Source of the DNA: a virus
Taxonomy: Duplodnaviria; Caudoviricetes
Direction: 5' to 3' (one strand)
Length of the DNA stretch: 57,551 nucleotides
Virus record (IMG/VR): IMGVR_UViG_3300020198_000019
Location: 1-57,551 of that record
A program made the position numbers and the translations under genes. Below, in pieces: positions 57,016-57,551 of the stretch. Within the stretch, counting starts at the first letter, position 1, and every line of letters starts with the position of its first letter. Below the pieces are notes generated by a model. That model was not told the origin of the DNA. It did not search any database and saw only the letters and a program-made list of their open reading frames with translations.

Positions 57016-57350
57016 CCTGCACCCGTCTAAGGCCTGTGTCACAACTCGTCGGTATCTTCGATCTCGTCCTCATCCGATTCAAAAGGTTCAAGCTCAATAC
57101 CTAGCAGTTTAGCCAGCTCTTCGCAATCATCTGCCATTGGTTCAAAGCTTTCGCGACCTTCGTCGGTTGAGCAATCCCAAACTTGTGCGAGACCCTCTAA
57201 ACACGAATTACGCAATCGTGTTAGGATGTCTTTCATTTTTTCTTTTTCTTCCGCGGTTGCCATTGCTAACACCTTAATCGTAAAGTTTTGCTTGTTTCAA
57301 AAGCCCAACAATAGTTTCTTCTGGAACGTCCCTGCACCCGTCTAAGGCCT
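57016..57350. repeat. 20-bp direct repeat CCTGCACCCGTCTAAGGCCT (family C)
   Basis: Identical at 57016-57035 and 57331-57350. Confidence 0.9.
57039..57263 (-). CDS. Array gene, acidic hypothetical (MATAEEK...)
   Basis: Lies between the family C repeats; AT-rich; AAGGTG RBS. Confidence 0.68.
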   Translation of the reverse strand: MATAEEKEKMKDILTRLRNSCLEGLAQVWDCSTDEGRESFEPMADDCEELAKLLGIELEPFESDEDEIEDTDEL

Positions 57351-57424
57351 ACCCTACAGCTCGATCCGGATCACACTCCGCAGCTTGTTGTAACGCAGGC
57401 GGATTGATCCGATTAAGTTCCCGT

Positions 57425-57550
57425 TCAAGACTTTTCCTCCGGAATGTCGTATGTGTCGCAAATTCCAAAAGCTTCTGAGGCTTCATTTGGTTCTTCAACC
57501 AAAAATGCTATGCGTTTTAGTACCGCAGCAAGAACCATTTGACGACCTTG
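57425..57550 (-). CDS. 3' end of a gene truncated by the window edge
   Basis: Open frame from the edge to a TGA at 57425. Confidence 0.35.
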   Translation of the reverse strand, partial: QGRQMVLAAVLKRIAFLVEEPNEASEAFGICDTYDIPEEKS

Positions 57551-57551
57551 C

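Larger units (their letters stand above)
1..57551. mobile_element. Tailed phage / prophage genome segment (Caudoviricetes-like), probably temperate
   Basis: TerL, portal-like, capsid-like, tail and fibre genes, a phage PolA module, a serine recombinase and a small-gene array; no host housekeeping genes seen. Confidence 0.93.

Noticed and set aside
1-57551. tRNA or rRNA genes and prophage att ends
   Set aside because: No cloverleaf or rRNA-like sequence noticed in the short intergenic gaps; no host-phage boundary is visible in the window

Overview
The window looks like most of a tailed dsDNA (pro)phage genome. The host is probably a Planctomycetota bacterium, inferred from a DUF1580-like HTH, a CsrA paralogue and an attC site of the type I associate with planctomycetes. 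Order from left to right: (1) a serine recombinase with two tandem catalytic domains and a convergent excisionase-like HTH (20-1688); (2) a head, packaging and tail operon with capsid, TerL, portal, tail tube and large putative ejection proteins (1.8-30.5 kb); (3) an SNase / DUF1353 / papain-like protease / exported thioredoxin / membrane-protein block and fibre genes (30.6-39.4 kb); (4) an APSE-like replication module with DUF2800 nuclease, DUF2815 SSB, PolA, VRR-NUC and SNF2 helicase (39.4-46.5 kb); (5) a minus-strand accessory array (46.5-57.5 kb). The array is the most notable part. About 23 small unrelated genes are separated by conserved 'stop codon - GC hairpin - U tract - RBS' elements in two sequence families. 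Neighbouring copies are often identical and bracket single genes or AT-richer inserts. One insert contains a structurally canonical integron attC site (55820-55910), although no integron integrase is present in the window. All family assignments come from motif recognition by eye; no searches were run.
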